Source: Amoebidium appalachense
Taxonomy: Eukaryota > Protista > Ichthyosporea
NCBI GenBank assembly: GCA_963693365.1
Contig: CAVNZM010000003.1
Coordinates: forward strand, 903,506-967,505
Reading direction: 5' to 3'
DNA length: 64,000 nucleotides
Positions 1 to 13,850 of the stretch are shown piece after piece (position 1 is the first letter of the stretch; each line of letters opens with the position of its first letter). Below the pieces are notes generated by a model. That model was not told the origin of the DNA and made no database searches. It saw only the letters and a program-made list of their open reading frames with translations. A program made the position numbers and the translations under genes.

Positions 1-1030
1 ACCACCAAAACAAAAACAGAAAGTTTCCGTGATATAGTTGTGAAACTTAGATGTTGAATAACACACGACGCCACTGTGAAGAATTCGAAGGTGACGAGCA
101 ATGTTTACGGTGACCCCAAACCAAACCAGGTCCTGACCTCCTATAAATTTCGGCCCGTATTTACATCTAGGGGAACCCAGGTGGAGAAAACCCCATGTCC
201 TTTAGCCCTATAGCGAAACATAGGTTGTTGGAGTACGGAAACACGAAATATTGATCCCCTCGCGATTGAGTAACGAAGTGGAGTCACACTCGAGCTCACT
301 CACGTACGTCTCACGGTGAGGCAGGCACACGAGCTTCGAAATTGTGTCACTCAAAACACAAACTTTACAACCCTGCTGCGACAGCCCTTTTATCCAACAT
401 GGGCAGTATGACATGCTGTGTCGCTAATTTGCAAACAAATATGGATTGCAAGCTGCTGTTTATTTATTTTATTTTCGAATAATTAGAAGTTCCCTGCAAA
501 AACCTGAAGTAATAACTTTGTAATAAGTCTGTCGACTACGACACCAATGAACCGCTGTAATACTGTAAGTTGTAACTGCTCATCGACTTTCACGCCTTTC
601 AAACTTTCCTCGGAGGCATTCCCAACTTTATTCCTAGACCAAACAATGGGGCTCATCATTGAATTTGTACCCAGGAGAGGGATTCGGTATTTCCAATACA
701 TAGTCACACAAACTCCTTTCTTTCAATCCATAAAAAGTATATATTGCTAAACTATTAAATTAAATTCTATGGATGTACATGCTACATACAATATTTATAC
801 TATCAAAAAACACTTTGGCGTTCTATCGGTTCCAAGCTTGCAAGACATACGACTACCCACAATCCCATGGACCGTTTTGGGGGTTTCAATCCAAGATCCG
901 ATTATCCAATGGCAAAAGAGCCTCGCACATTCCATATTAAAAATTGACCACGATCGCGATGCGCACACTGTCCGAAGTACACGTGTATTTCAAGTACCGA
1001 GTCCAGGTACGTAGTGCACGCACGGTTTAC

Positions 1031-1150
<120 letters not shown>

Positions 1151-1752
1151 GTTGCACACACAGTGTCACACGCACAAACACGCAAGCATTGATGTTTGCA
1201 AGATAAAAGTGCCCTTCGAACAAATCTATTATAGCTAGAACCTACGATTTGGATTAACATTGCACACGAGAAGTATTTGAAGGCCCGCGGGATGGGGAGC
1301 TTGAGAAAGTGATCCGACATGGCGGTGCACGTGTGTGAGAATCAGCAACTGGGAGTAACTGTGGTTGCTGGTAAGGGGGATGGGGGGGGAAGGGGGCGAG
1401 GGGGGGGGGGGACAGGGGAGGGAGACCGCCAATCATTTTAGCTGCAACTCGGAAGTTTGTGTGTGTGTGTGTGTGTTTGTGTGTGTGTGTGGGGGGGGGG
1501 GGATATGACCTGGTGGTATGTGTGTGTGCCGGGTGGAGGGGGGGGGGGGGGGGAGACGGGGACTGGGCGGGCGGGACCAGGGCCCCTTCAATCAGCAGTT
1601 CAAAGGAGAAGCACAGGCTGAGCCTCCCACCGAGCAGATAAACGGGGGCCGAAGGAGGGTGGGGAGGAGGGGGCACCGGGGCAGGGGGCCTTCGATAATT
1701 TTTCCCCTCTTTCTTTTCTTTTCTTGCAGTATCATCATGTACACCATCAGAA

Positions 1753-1800
<48 letters not shown>

Positions 1801-2499
1801 CACGGTGCGTGCGTGCAAGTGCATGTGTATGCGTATGCAAGTGTGTGGGCGTCTGTACGAGCGTCAAAAAACACTTTTTATATGTGATCGCATGTGCACA
1901 TTTGCAATTCATACACATGTGCACGCAGCAAGTTGCCATAAGAATTAGTGATTGTATCTGGTTGTACATGTGCAGATGGGCATATATATCACAGGGCTTA
2001 CTGTTCATCTCGTTTATGTGCGTGTGTGTGCATGTGTGTGTACGCTGTACATCTGTGTGTAGATACGTGTGGAAGAGTGTGCGTGTGCGATGTGCGCGCT
2101 CTCCACGGGCCTTTTTAGAGGGGGAGGGGGGGGGGGGGGGGGGGGGAAGGAACAAAGAGAGAGTAATGGGGGTAAGTTGGTGGCCATGTGGATGGGGAAT
2201 AAGGTGAGAAGGGAGCAGAAAATTGGGTTCGGAGTTCCGAAAGGGAGGGAACTTAAAGTTGTGTGAGTAGCGCTGCATGTTTTTTTTTATTTTTTGTTTT
2301 TTTGTTTTTTTTTTGGGGGGGGGGGGAGGGGGGGGGGGGGTAGGGGGGCGGGGGGGGGGGGGGGGGAGGGGAACGGTGCTAATTAGGAACCAAAGAGAGG
2401 ACGATATAAAGTCAAGAAGTCTGCAGGAAGAAAAAATGGGGGGGGTGGGAGATTCGTTTGATTAGAAAGTTAAAAAACCTCTGCTGAACTTTTAACCCC

Positions 2500-2545
<46 letters not shown>

Positions 2546-2638
2546 CGGCTACCGCCTCGCTCCTTAGAACCTACAATCTAAGAATGTGTCATCTCTCTCT
2601 GAAAGTCGCACCTCATCGCTAACCCCAACTTCCCCCCC

Positions 2639-2669
<31 letters not shown>

Positions 2670-4875
2670 CAAAAACACACCGTACACTAATGGCTGCACA
2701 TCCCCCCCCCCCCCCCCCCCCCCCTCCTCCTCCTCCTCACCCCACCATTTCTTCCCCATTCGATTAGCAGATAGACACGTTTAACTAAATGTCAATGATG
2801 CCCCGGCACGGGCAGGTAGTTACTATTATGATATTCAATGCCCTTCTATAATTGAATCATGACTGAGATGGAGAACAAAGAGAAATAACAAAAGCCATTT
2901 AGTGGTCTATTATCAATAATTTCTTATGAAAGGCCCGGAGTTGTTAAACTTGAATACCGATGGTCCAAGCATTGAATGGTATGCAGCGGAGAAAGAGAAG
3001 AGTGGGTGGGTGGGTCGGGTGGAGAGTAGTAGGCTAATGATTTTCGGAAGTCGGAAGGGGGACTATCTGGTAATGTGTTAACGGGTGCATCCCAGGCTAT
3101 TGTCGCAGACTTTCAAGGCTCACGTGGTCCTTACAGGTTTGCCGACAGCCAATCGATTTTGTAATCCGGATTGCCTAATTGAAGGCGCTCCAATTAAAAA
3201 CTTGCATTGGAGAGCGCGGCAAACACGTTTGATTGGAGCGCTCTCACTTCATCCAATCATTTGAAAGCACCGCAAATCGATTCCCATTGACCAATGAACT
3301 TTGCAATCTGACTTCCATATTGAAGGCGCTTCAATCACACGGCTTTAAAATGACCAATGAGATTAGCAGTCGATTTTTTGTTTGCTCCACTTTACCAATG
3401 GCACGTAAAGTGGCTCATGGCAAAGTCTGTGACAATAGTTTGTCATGCCGTGGCCGTGTGTGGGGGTCTATACATCCAAAGGGAACATTCCACGGGGATA
3501 GAGGGCGCACACAGGTGGAGGGGGGAGGGGGGGGGAGGAGGGGGGATGGAAGGGGAATGATCGATCTATTAGCTAAATGGGTGGAAATGCGTTTGGCGGC
3601 GGAGGCGTTGAGGGGTTGAGGAAGAGGGAGAGTTTGGGGCAGGGGATGGGGGGGGGGGGGGGGGGGGGGGGGGAGTGGGGAGGGAAGGGGACAACACAGC
3701 ATTCAAGTAAACCCCCCAACCCCCTCCCTCGACCCCTCCCCCCCCCCATCCCCCCCCCCCCCCCCCCCCCACCCCCCCCCCTCGCTTCCCCCCAACACAC
3801 ACACACACACACACCACCACCATATCACCAATACTGCATACCATTACGGTCTTCATATCACTCCTTCCGTGCATTTCCCCCAGCTACAATTAGGCGCAGA
3901 CACGTGTTTAAGACCCAATGTGTCGATTCAAAACTGTAAGGGCCTAAATATTATCCCTTGAATTTTAACCTTCATCAAAATCTTAATTTATAATAATTAT
4001 AACGTGTTTAAAGTTTACGACTTTTCCCGCTGTATTTGCATGGGTGCAAACCCGCGTGATACTACATCTGTAACAAAGTCAAGGTGAGATCTTTTATACC
4101 CATCTTCCACGCAAACTCGAAAACCAAAAAAAAACATCAACATACACAAACTTACTAGGAGCAGAATATTTACATCTACAGTTGTTTTTTTAAAAAAGAT
4201 CAAATCGCCTGTTGCTGTCGCCCTAGGCGTGTTATGCACGTGTGTCTGTGGGACACCGGTGCATGTACGTGTCTGTGTGCTCGAATGTGCTTGCATCGTT
4301 AGTGGATGTGTGTGTGTGTGGGCGGGGCGGGGAAAGGGGGGGGGGGGGGGGGGGACACTATTAGGCCAGTATCATGTTGTGTTCTTCATATATGAGGCAG
4401 GACATTATCCCGTAAGTAAGTGCATAGAAATATCCACGCAAGTGAAAATCATGGCAAAAGGGAATTCTATCATCATGCAATTTCTCTTTATGAACCCTCC
4501 AAAACACGATTCTACATTTCTTGCAACGCTTGGAAAAAAAAAAATAGAGTGTTATTGTTATCTTATTTCGCCAAAATGACGTCGAAGCTACTAACGTATG
4601 ATATAATATATCAATGGTGTAAGTTGCAGATTGAAGGGGGAACCACGGAGTGCTATTATGTCGTAACACCACTTAGCACGATACACGTGTGTGCGGTACG
4701 CCCAACTGAAAAAGCTATATGTCTTTCAAATTATAATGCAAGTTATTATTTCTATCCATCCTGAATTACTACGTACATTTTTGTTCACAGAGCTGCCCCA
4801 AGACAAGTGTGACGCTCATCATCAAAATCCAAAACAAAAGAGCAATAAATTTGAATAAGTATAACTGTTGAAGCC

Positions 4876-4911
<36 letters not shown>

Positions 4912-5199
4912 CGAGGGGGAGGGGGTACAGGGGAGAAAGAGCACGAAGGCGTGGTCAGTTACCCATTTTTTCCTGGTTCTTGTTTTGTTACGTATACCGT
5001 CTATGCACGTGGAATATGATCGTGTGGGAGTGAGGGTGAATGTACGGGGGGGGGGGAGGGGGGAGGGGGAGGGGGGAGGGGGGAGGGGGGAGGGGGAGAG
5101 GGAGTGGGGAGGGAGACAGGACACACACATACACACGGTGCTACACACCATCACCACAAACGCCACCTTGCCTTATTGATAACAAAAACAATACCACTT

Positions 5200-5252
<53 letters not shown>

Positions 5253-6739
5253 TCCCCCCCCCACCCACCCACACACACACACACCAACACCACAAAAAAA
5301 AAAAAAAAAAAAAAAAAAACGAAAAAAAACGCAACCCCCCGTCCCAGTTTTGAATCGCAAGTATCACCCTCTGTTATTAGACAAGAAAAAAGTCTCTTGC
5401 ACACACACACACACAAAACAAAAAGTGGCTTGGCCCACATCCTCCCCCCCCCCCCCCCCCCCCCCCTCCCCTCTCCTCCCTACCACTTCCCCCATCCCCC
5501 ACCAAGCACACACTCCATACAGAGAGAGGGGGGCAATTTGCACCACCATCACCATCCACACACCATCACAACGAACCATTCCCCCCCTCCCCCCCCCCTC
5601 CCCCCCCCCCCCCCCCCCCTTCCCCTTCCAGCGCTTGAATTTGATATGCGTGTGTGCTCTTTCGAGGCAGTGTAAAAACTCGAGCAGATATTCAGCTTAG
5701 TGAAGTTCATGCACATGGATTATACTGCTGAACAGGCAGTAAACGGTTTAGCACGGTTTTCAAAACGCGAGGTTCTTTTTTTTCTTTTTTTCTTTTTTTT
5801 CTTTTTTTTTTTTTTACTGTTGTATATCCACAAATGATTTATATCTTGTACGTTGTACTACATGAGGCTTCACATATAACTTGTGTGTTGTAACGTCGCT
5901 TTTCTACATGTATATCCGACAGTGTTGGATGGAAGTACTGTTGGCCTTGGTGCCGAAACCACATCACAGCTCACCTACATGTCGTTAATAAACAGTACCT
6001 CCCCGAACACTCCCTCCCCCCTTCTCCCTTTAACTAGAATTAAAAAAAGGCAAACGGCAACCCCGTTACTGCTTAGTTAAAGCTGGAGGGAAAAAACAAC
6101 AAAGCGAAAAATCAAAATACAAAAAAAAAAAAAATTCAAAAAAAAAAACCGTCTTTTGAAATCCATACGGCTGCTGTAGCTGGCAGAAAATAGGCCCGAA
6201 AAAGCAAAGAGAAACAAAAACACGCAAAACCGTTAGATAGTATAGAAGTCGGAAGGAAATAAAAGAAGAAGAAAAGAAGCGAAAAATGCGGCCTGAATAT
6301 GAGCTTCAGCACACAGCCCCGTGATTGTGAGCGTTTGCACAACACAACAAAGGTTTAAGTTTATTAAACTCAGGAAAAGGCACATTACTCATATCAGTTA
6401 AACATGACACTTAAACCTGCACAGCAGGTATGGTTTATTGTAGTGATAAACCGTTATTTGACACAGCTCTATGCAGCTGCAAATGTTATATTCACAGATA
6501 AAAAATCGGATGAATCAAAAAGGATATCAGGTCATATGCAACTGAAATACAAAAGGTTGCATTTCTATATAGCACACAAGCACATATTTACTATCAGCTA
6601 TAAAGCCATTCACTATGATATAATTAACCGCCACAATTTGAAACACATACGAATTAAATGTAGCCTCACACACCCTTGCAGGGTAGTGGTACACTACTCC
6701 AAACATGAATTTACCGTCTTTCATTACAAAAAAACTCGT

Positions 6740-7399
6740 TTAGTGGGTCAGAAGGAACCACTTCTGCTTCTCGTCCTTGCCATCACACTTTGCGAGTCTC
6801 AGCGTGCTACCATCGAGGGTCACGCACTTCTTGTTCGCACCACTTCCAGTCGTCCAGTTCACAACGGGAACAGTCCCCCTACGTGTCCAGTTTTGGGCTG
6901 GAGACACAGCAACCGTCTCCCAAATAGCGCCGTTTGCACACGCCACCTGCACAACATAATCATTGTCCGGACCATCCAAACCCAGGCATCTCCCCGAGTC
7001 GTAAAAGTTCTGGATTTTTCCGGCCTTCCACACGAACGGAGTGTAAATCTCACCGTCGGTAGTAACTTCTTCCTTGACTGGGCTTCCGAGCAAAACGGTG
7101 TGAGGGTAGGTGCTTGAGTCAGTAAACTTTGCAATCATGAACGCCTTGTTTGTAGGGGTAGGGATAGGGCAGTCTCTCTTGTAACCAACGCCGGAGGGGC
7201 ACCCGGACGGGCCAGCCGCACCGGCCTTGGGGCAACCCCACTGCCCATTTGCGCAACACAAGGCACCGTGCATGCCACCAATACCGCCCAGTTCGTTGCA
7301 CATGAAGAGGGATTTGGTGTTGCAGCAGTCAGGGCAGATGGTGGCGGCGGAGGCGAGGGCGGCGCTGGAAGCGGCCACGGCGAAGATCTTGGAAAGCAT
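6740..7399 (-). CDS. Secreted protein with Cys-rich N-terminal region and C-terminal ricin-B (beta-trefoil) lectin-like domain; probable host gene
   Basis: 219-aa intronless ORF. Signal-peptide-like MLSKIFAVAASSAALASA; Cys-rich segment; ricin-type motifs GRCLGLDG..VACA..QNW and KKCVTLDG..LAKCDG..QKW. TATAAAAT on the minus strand at ~7483-7490. Confidence 0.8.
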   Translation of the reverse strand: MLSKIFAVAASSAALASAATICPDCCNTKSLFMCNELGGIGGMHGALCCANGQWGCPKAGAAGPSGCPSGVGYKRDCPIPTPTNKAFMIAKFTDSSTYPHTVLLGSPVKEEVTTDGEIYTPFVWKAGKIQNFYDSGRCLGLDGPDNDYVVQVACANGAIWETVAVSPAQNWTRRGTVPVVNWTTGSGANKKCVTLDGSTLRLAKCDGKDEKQKWFLLTH

Positions 7400-8755
7400 T
7401 TTGGATGTTTTTTTGTTCTGTTGTGTGCGAAGGATGAAAGTGAGTGAGCTCGAGTGAGTGAGTGGTTTGAAGGCCTAAGGCTATTTTATATTCCGTAGGT
7501 CATCTGCTGGAATGTGATTGGGATCTCGCCATCTAGAAAGTCTGATGATGATTGGTCACATTAAACCCGGTAGAAGATCGCCCCAAACCACACTCCGGGA
7601 CACTAAGAGTGAGCAGTGAGCACCCATTAAAATTTTTCTTTTGACTGGATTTATTCGACGGAAAGATATGACAAGTATGCACGGCATACTGAGAAGACAA
7701 TAAAAACTTCACGAGTTATCCAGTAACAAGTGCATACTGAGATACCTGAACACTGTGTGAAAATCATATAAATACTTAAAATTTGTGTAAAACGACAATA
7801 AAACAATGGCTTCGGAATCGACATGCAGAAAAAGATACCTAAAATGTTTATTTTGGTCTTGCTAAATATCACTAAAAACCAATTAAGAATCCATTTTTGC
7901 AACGATAGTTTAATTTGTTACATTGTTTGGCCAGAGATTTAACTAACACTTAAACACGGCGAAGTGCTTGGTAAACTTTCAAAAAGCCCCATTTCTAGCT
8001 GGTAGTGTTGGGTGAATTCCTCCAATATTCGGTGATTTTTGATTGGCTTCAAGATATACCATCCCTCATCATGATGCACACACTCTCTCTCCCTCTCTCT
8101 CCCTCTCTCTTTGTCTCTCAGAGGTTGGCGGCACCTTTCTTTTCTCTTCTTCTTTTTTTCCTCCATGGGTTCCGGAATCTGATAAGCGGTCTGTATATCT
8201 CTGAAACAGACGTTCTAATGTGCAGAAAATTTAGAGACCCATGCATGTACGCGAAGCGTAATAAATAACATAGTGTACGTCAAACAACGGGAATGATGGG
8301 CGGTCCACGTACGCTGATTGCATCATCATATGCACAGTAGAGAAGAGAGGCCACGGTGTAGCGAACCTTTCTTGGGGCTCCGCGCCTCTGAGGCGACGCT
8401 GTACGCCACACGTTCATATGCACTTGCATTGTGCAATTTGTTTTTAGCTTTGACTCAAGTGAGCTCACTTCACGCTTGTGCGTGCTCCCTAACGACGTTC
8501 TATGACAACAAATAAAGTCTGAGCAAACCACATATACTAGGTTATTTGTTAGATAGTCTATCTAACAATGGGGATGCATAGTATGGCACACACGCTTTTT
8601 CATGATCGCGGTTTTGCTCGGAGCCATAACTTTGTTTATAATACTAATGGACTGAAGCTGATGATGAGTGGGAGAGACATACAGCCGGAGCACGGAGAAA
8701 TAGGGGGAGAGAGCTCTGGCGGGGAGCAATGAGAGAGGAGAGAGAGATAGAGAGC

Positions 8756-8955
<200 letters not shown>

Positions 8956-9179
8956 GGAGAGATCTGAGAGAGCCAGCCAGATCTGAGAGAGAGAGATATA
9001 TATATATATCTAGAAAATTTTAAGAGACAGAGCCAAGCAAGTACTACTAGTAGTCTCCGAGAGAGAGAGAGCCGAAAAATGGAAAGACAGAGTGATATAG
9101 AGAGAGTCTCGGAGAAAAATATATACACTGATAGAGAGAGAGGAGGGAGGGGGGCGCGGGGGGGGGGGGGGGGGGGGGG

Positions 9180-9259
<80 letters not shown>

Positions 9260-10485
9260 GGAGAGGGAGGGGGAGAGAGAGAGTGGGAGAGGGATGGATG
9301 GAGGGAGGGAGAGACAAGGAGAGGGAGAGAGAGGAGGGAGGTAGAGGGGTGGGGCGGAGGAATTGATAATTCGCATGGACTAATAAGGACATGTACACTT
9401 GAGTCCTTATTAGCTAAAAATCGGATATCGCGCTATATCTGGCATATGACTATAGCAACTATAGGGGGAAAAAGGCAGAAACGTGAAGCTGAAGTCGTGC
9501 CCGTTACAGCGATATATGGTTTGTGGGGTCTCCGATGACATCTTTGGGGTGCATTGTGCCGGCAAAGTTTGCCCTTTTTGCGGAAACACGTGTTGAATTT
9601 AGCGACCCTACACGTGAAAATATGGCACATGAGCTTTCAAATGCCACCATCCCGGCCTAAATATCTCCATTCTGAGGCAACTTAGCTAGGGGCTCATTCT
9701 GTCCTTTTTAGCGAGGAGTTTAGCTTGAAATGTCCCAATTAGCTTCCCGGAGCAGATGAGCATGATGATGGAGGTCAAACGTTTTCGCTCTTGCTGGAAA
9801 GTGTTCTCGTTGGTCCTATAATGCTCAAAACGCGCTTTTTTGGCTTCTTCGGGCTTATTTTTGCCCTCTGTTTCACCTTGGTGCCCATGGTAATGGGTTC
9901 CCCTTTGGTCCGAGCATCGTTTTCCTGGGCTGCCAGTCGGGCTGAGCCAGGCCACAACAACCGCTCCGCATTAGAGCACATGAGCACATAAAAATTCACC
10001 CATGTAGGTTCAGAAACCCTTCAGAAAGATAAATAATACTAAAATATATCTTTTCTGGCTCTTTTTCATTTGTCTTTGTCATGCTTTTCTGCCACCATAA
10101 CGGTTGCGCTCAGTCTTATCTGCAGTCAGTCGGTCGATCGCCCCAAATTGAACGAAAAACGGCCTCCCCCTCCCCCTTTTAACCGCTTATAACTTGAGCG
10201 CCGTTACTCCAATGACCTTGACATATTAATGGGGGGTTTACGTTGTTTACTCGAGGCAAAGAGAGACCAGTCTCAGGTATGGGGGTTTTTTGCTCGGAAT
10301 ATCCCCTCAGTGGTATATCATGATCACGTACATAGCTGTCGGGTGATGATTATATATCAGGGTTTACTTTCTCTACGAGACACCATAAAGACTAAGAACA
10401 ATCAATTAGTTGGGGTTCCCCGTTTTTTTTTTGTATTTTTTTTTCCTCGGGCTCCCCTGGGACACTCGGTATCAGCTGGTTACGC

Positions 10486-10542
<57 letters not shown>

Positions 10543-10547
10543 GTGTG

Positions 10548-10609
<62 letters not shown>

Positions 10610-11626
10610 GAATTTTGTAAATGATGTGTTTCTCAAGCCAATCAACTTGATACATTTAATAAGCAGGTCGTAATTTCGCGTGTTTAGTATAAAATCAAGG
10701 ATGTTGTAATTTTCAGGTAGGCTATCTTTCTGGGTGTCTGTTGTGAATGTGACGTGTGTGTGTTGCGGTATTATGTGGTCTATCAAACTACATTTGGCGA
10801 TACATGACCGTTTGAACTGGTGTGTGGTCTATCAAACTACATTTGGCGATACATGACCGTTTAAACTGGTGTGTGTGTGTGTTGTTTGGGCATGCAAACG
10901 ATGCCACCTTATACTTATTAGATCTCCACCGTATAGCACGTGTACAGTAAAAGTGTGGTATGTGATCAATAATACCATCAGCTAGAGAAAGACCAATTCT
11001 ACAGGAAGGTAATGTGTATTTAGGTGTTACACATTTGCGAGTGCCATATTTGGCAATATGGTTAAGGCGGTCATTATATATAAAACGAGACATAAGGCTT
11101 AGTTTTTCAAGGTGTATGCTTTCATCGGGTCTGGTGTCGTGTGGTATCTTTTTCCATTTGTTATGTTGCGTAATTATCTTGTACAAGTTGTGTACATGTC
11201 TAATAAGTAAGTGGCAGTCCAAAGTCACACGCACACTTTTGCGGGGATTATTTGTATTTGCGCCGGGGGGAAAGGAGAGAGAGAGGGAAGGAAAGAGGGG
11301 AGAGGCGAGGAGGGGACAGGTCGGATAGAGAAGAGAGGGTGGGAGGGCAAATACTTCTTTAAGGGGCTTATGTGCTTATTGAATTTCAGCGCGAAATGGG
11401 ATACTCTAGCAGCTATTAATAAAAAAGGCTATTAACTATCTAAGCTCATTGGGCATATCTAGAAAGCTTGGGGTTTACAACAGGCAGACAGGGGAGGGGC
11501 CTGGGAGCGCGCCGAAAATAATTAGGACTTTGGGTCCTAATTAGCGATTAATAAGGACCGAAATATGCGAATTACCAGGAAGCCCGGGGGGGAGGGAGGG
11601 AGGGAGGGAGGGAGGGAGGGAGGGGA

Positions 11627-11664
<38 letters not shown>

Positions 11665-11739
11665 TCTAGAGAGAGAGCTCCAGAGAGCGATAGAGAGAGA
11701 GAGAGAGAGCTCCAGAGAGAGAGAGACAGAGAGAGAGCT

Positions 11740-11873
<134 letters not shown>

Positions 11874-11900
11874 TAGAGAGAGCGGAGAGGAGGGGGGGGG

Positions 11901-11983
<83 letters not shown>

Positions 11984-13370
11984 TCCATTGTTCTGTTTCG
12001 CGCCCTGTTATTATTGTCATTCAACGTGTTCGTTCGACCCATCCTCGCTGTGTGTGCAAGCCTCCATTGTTCTGTTTCGCGCCCTGTTATTATTGTCATT
12101 CAACGCGTTCGTTCGACCCATCCTCGCCGTGTGTGCACGTACACACGCCGCACGCACGCGCATGTACATGTGCGCTCACGTGCATGCGCATTGACGATTT
12201 GGCCGACGCCCTGTCTGACGGAGGGTTGCCATCCCAGGCTCCTCCCTCCCTCTTTCTTGCCGACGATATTGTGCTTATGTCCTCGGATCCTATCGAATTA
12301 CGGCAATATATATGTGTGGTTGAGCACTGGTGCCTGCGTAATGATATGAACTTGAAGGTTAACGTCAAAAAGTGTGCCTGGGATGACGTTTGTATTTTCG
12401 GCAGCCCGCTCCCTGGGCCAATCGAATACAAATATTTGGGGGTCCCGGTGGACGAGTGGGGCGTATGTTTCAAACGGATGATTGACCGTCGGGTGGAGAG
12501 TGCAGGCCGGTGCCTTCGTTTATTTAGGGATGTTTATCTTGCTAATCTTTCTACTACTGTACACTTACATAACCGTCTTAGTATATTTCGTACCTCTATT
12601 TGCCCGTCGTCTGAATACGGGTTGCCCTTATTAGTTAAGGCACCCCATGATACTGTTGAAAATGTCATCCACTCACTACATGACTTCCACTACACCACTT
12701 TCTGTACGTTTCTTACTGGTCTTTCCACACCCATACCTAGACGCCTTTTCGATTCTCTCTACGCACTCACACCACCATCACAACGCGTACACGAATAGCC
12801 CTTAAATTTCTCCAACACATCACCCGCCTCTCCGCATTTGCCCCGGACCACCCACTCTTCCGATTGCACGCCTCCCCGCCGGACTCGCCCCTCTACCTCT
12901 TCCCTTCCGCAACGTCTCTGCCCATTGTCGAGCGATATGCGGAGTGGCTGGCGACCCCGCCGGAGGTACGGCTGGATCATAGTGTGAATTTGAATAGTTT
13001 TATGTCTATGGTTGATAGATATCTTTTTACTCTACGTGTCGAATCTCTTCCTGTGTTAGGACCTCAAAAACACCAACTACTAGTAGCCTATATGGCGGAT
13101 ACGGTTAGAGAGTCTCGTTCCTACACTGTAGATTCGTTTATTCGTAATGTGGCGTGGTGCAAAAACGCAAAGATGATTTTGGCTTGGCGGTGTAATCGGT
13201 TTCTGGTGTCTCCTGCTCTTATGTGTAATATGTGTGCAGGGCGTTTTACTCGCGGATGCATATCTATCAATAAGTGTGGCCTGCTAGCTAACGTAATAGC
13301 ACCGGAGGTTATGGGCGGTTTTATTCTCTTTGCTACCTCCCTTCCTCAATATATCCCCTTAGGCTAGATC

Positions 13371-13850
13371 TGTAAACAGTTGGACTAGTTAGGATGAGGC
13401 AGAGTACAACTGAATCAAAATAAAGACAGAGAACGGGTAGAAAGGCACACGCGGCCAGGTTGCTTTTACTATGGGCCGACTCAGTCTGTCTCAGACTTCA
13501 CTGATGTGATCCCCGTACTGGGACGGCTTTCTTATATAGCCCCCAGGTTTCGGATCAAGGCCCAGGATTGGTTCATCCGCGGCCAGCGCGGGTGGCAACA
13601 TGCCATTCGTGATTCTGGTGCGGTCCGAGCCAGTCAGACCTTTGTCCTATTTATGCAAACCTCTTATTGGTTCACTTCGTTTATGTGGTATGCAGCTGAA
13701 GAACCATATATGGTTCAATTCTTAGGTCAGAGTGAGTCCTATTGGTGCGGACATAATATTTATGTGATATTCATGACAAAGCACGAATCGTGTGCTAGTA
13801 GATCACATTCTTTAGTAAACATGTACAGTTCATGTGTACAGTTGTTTACA
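13371..13850 (-). repeat. 3' LTR (480 bp)
   Basis: Matches 16447-16926; I noticed only 2 substitutions by eye. Confidence 0.93.

Noticed and set aside
1-1000. Short ORFs in unique sequence at the window start
   Set aside because: No recognisable motifs; could be exon fragments but cannot be supported.
3140-3420. Cluster of CCAAT/ATTGG and TTGAAGGCGCT repeats
   Set aside because: No linked gene or element boundary found, so a promoter call is unsupported.
6404-7117. 237-aa plus-strand ORF
   Set aside because: Antisense overlap with the lectin gene, which has much better protein features.
10774-10872. 49-bp tandem duplication
   Set aside because: Two adjacent copies without a spacer; ordinary local duplication.
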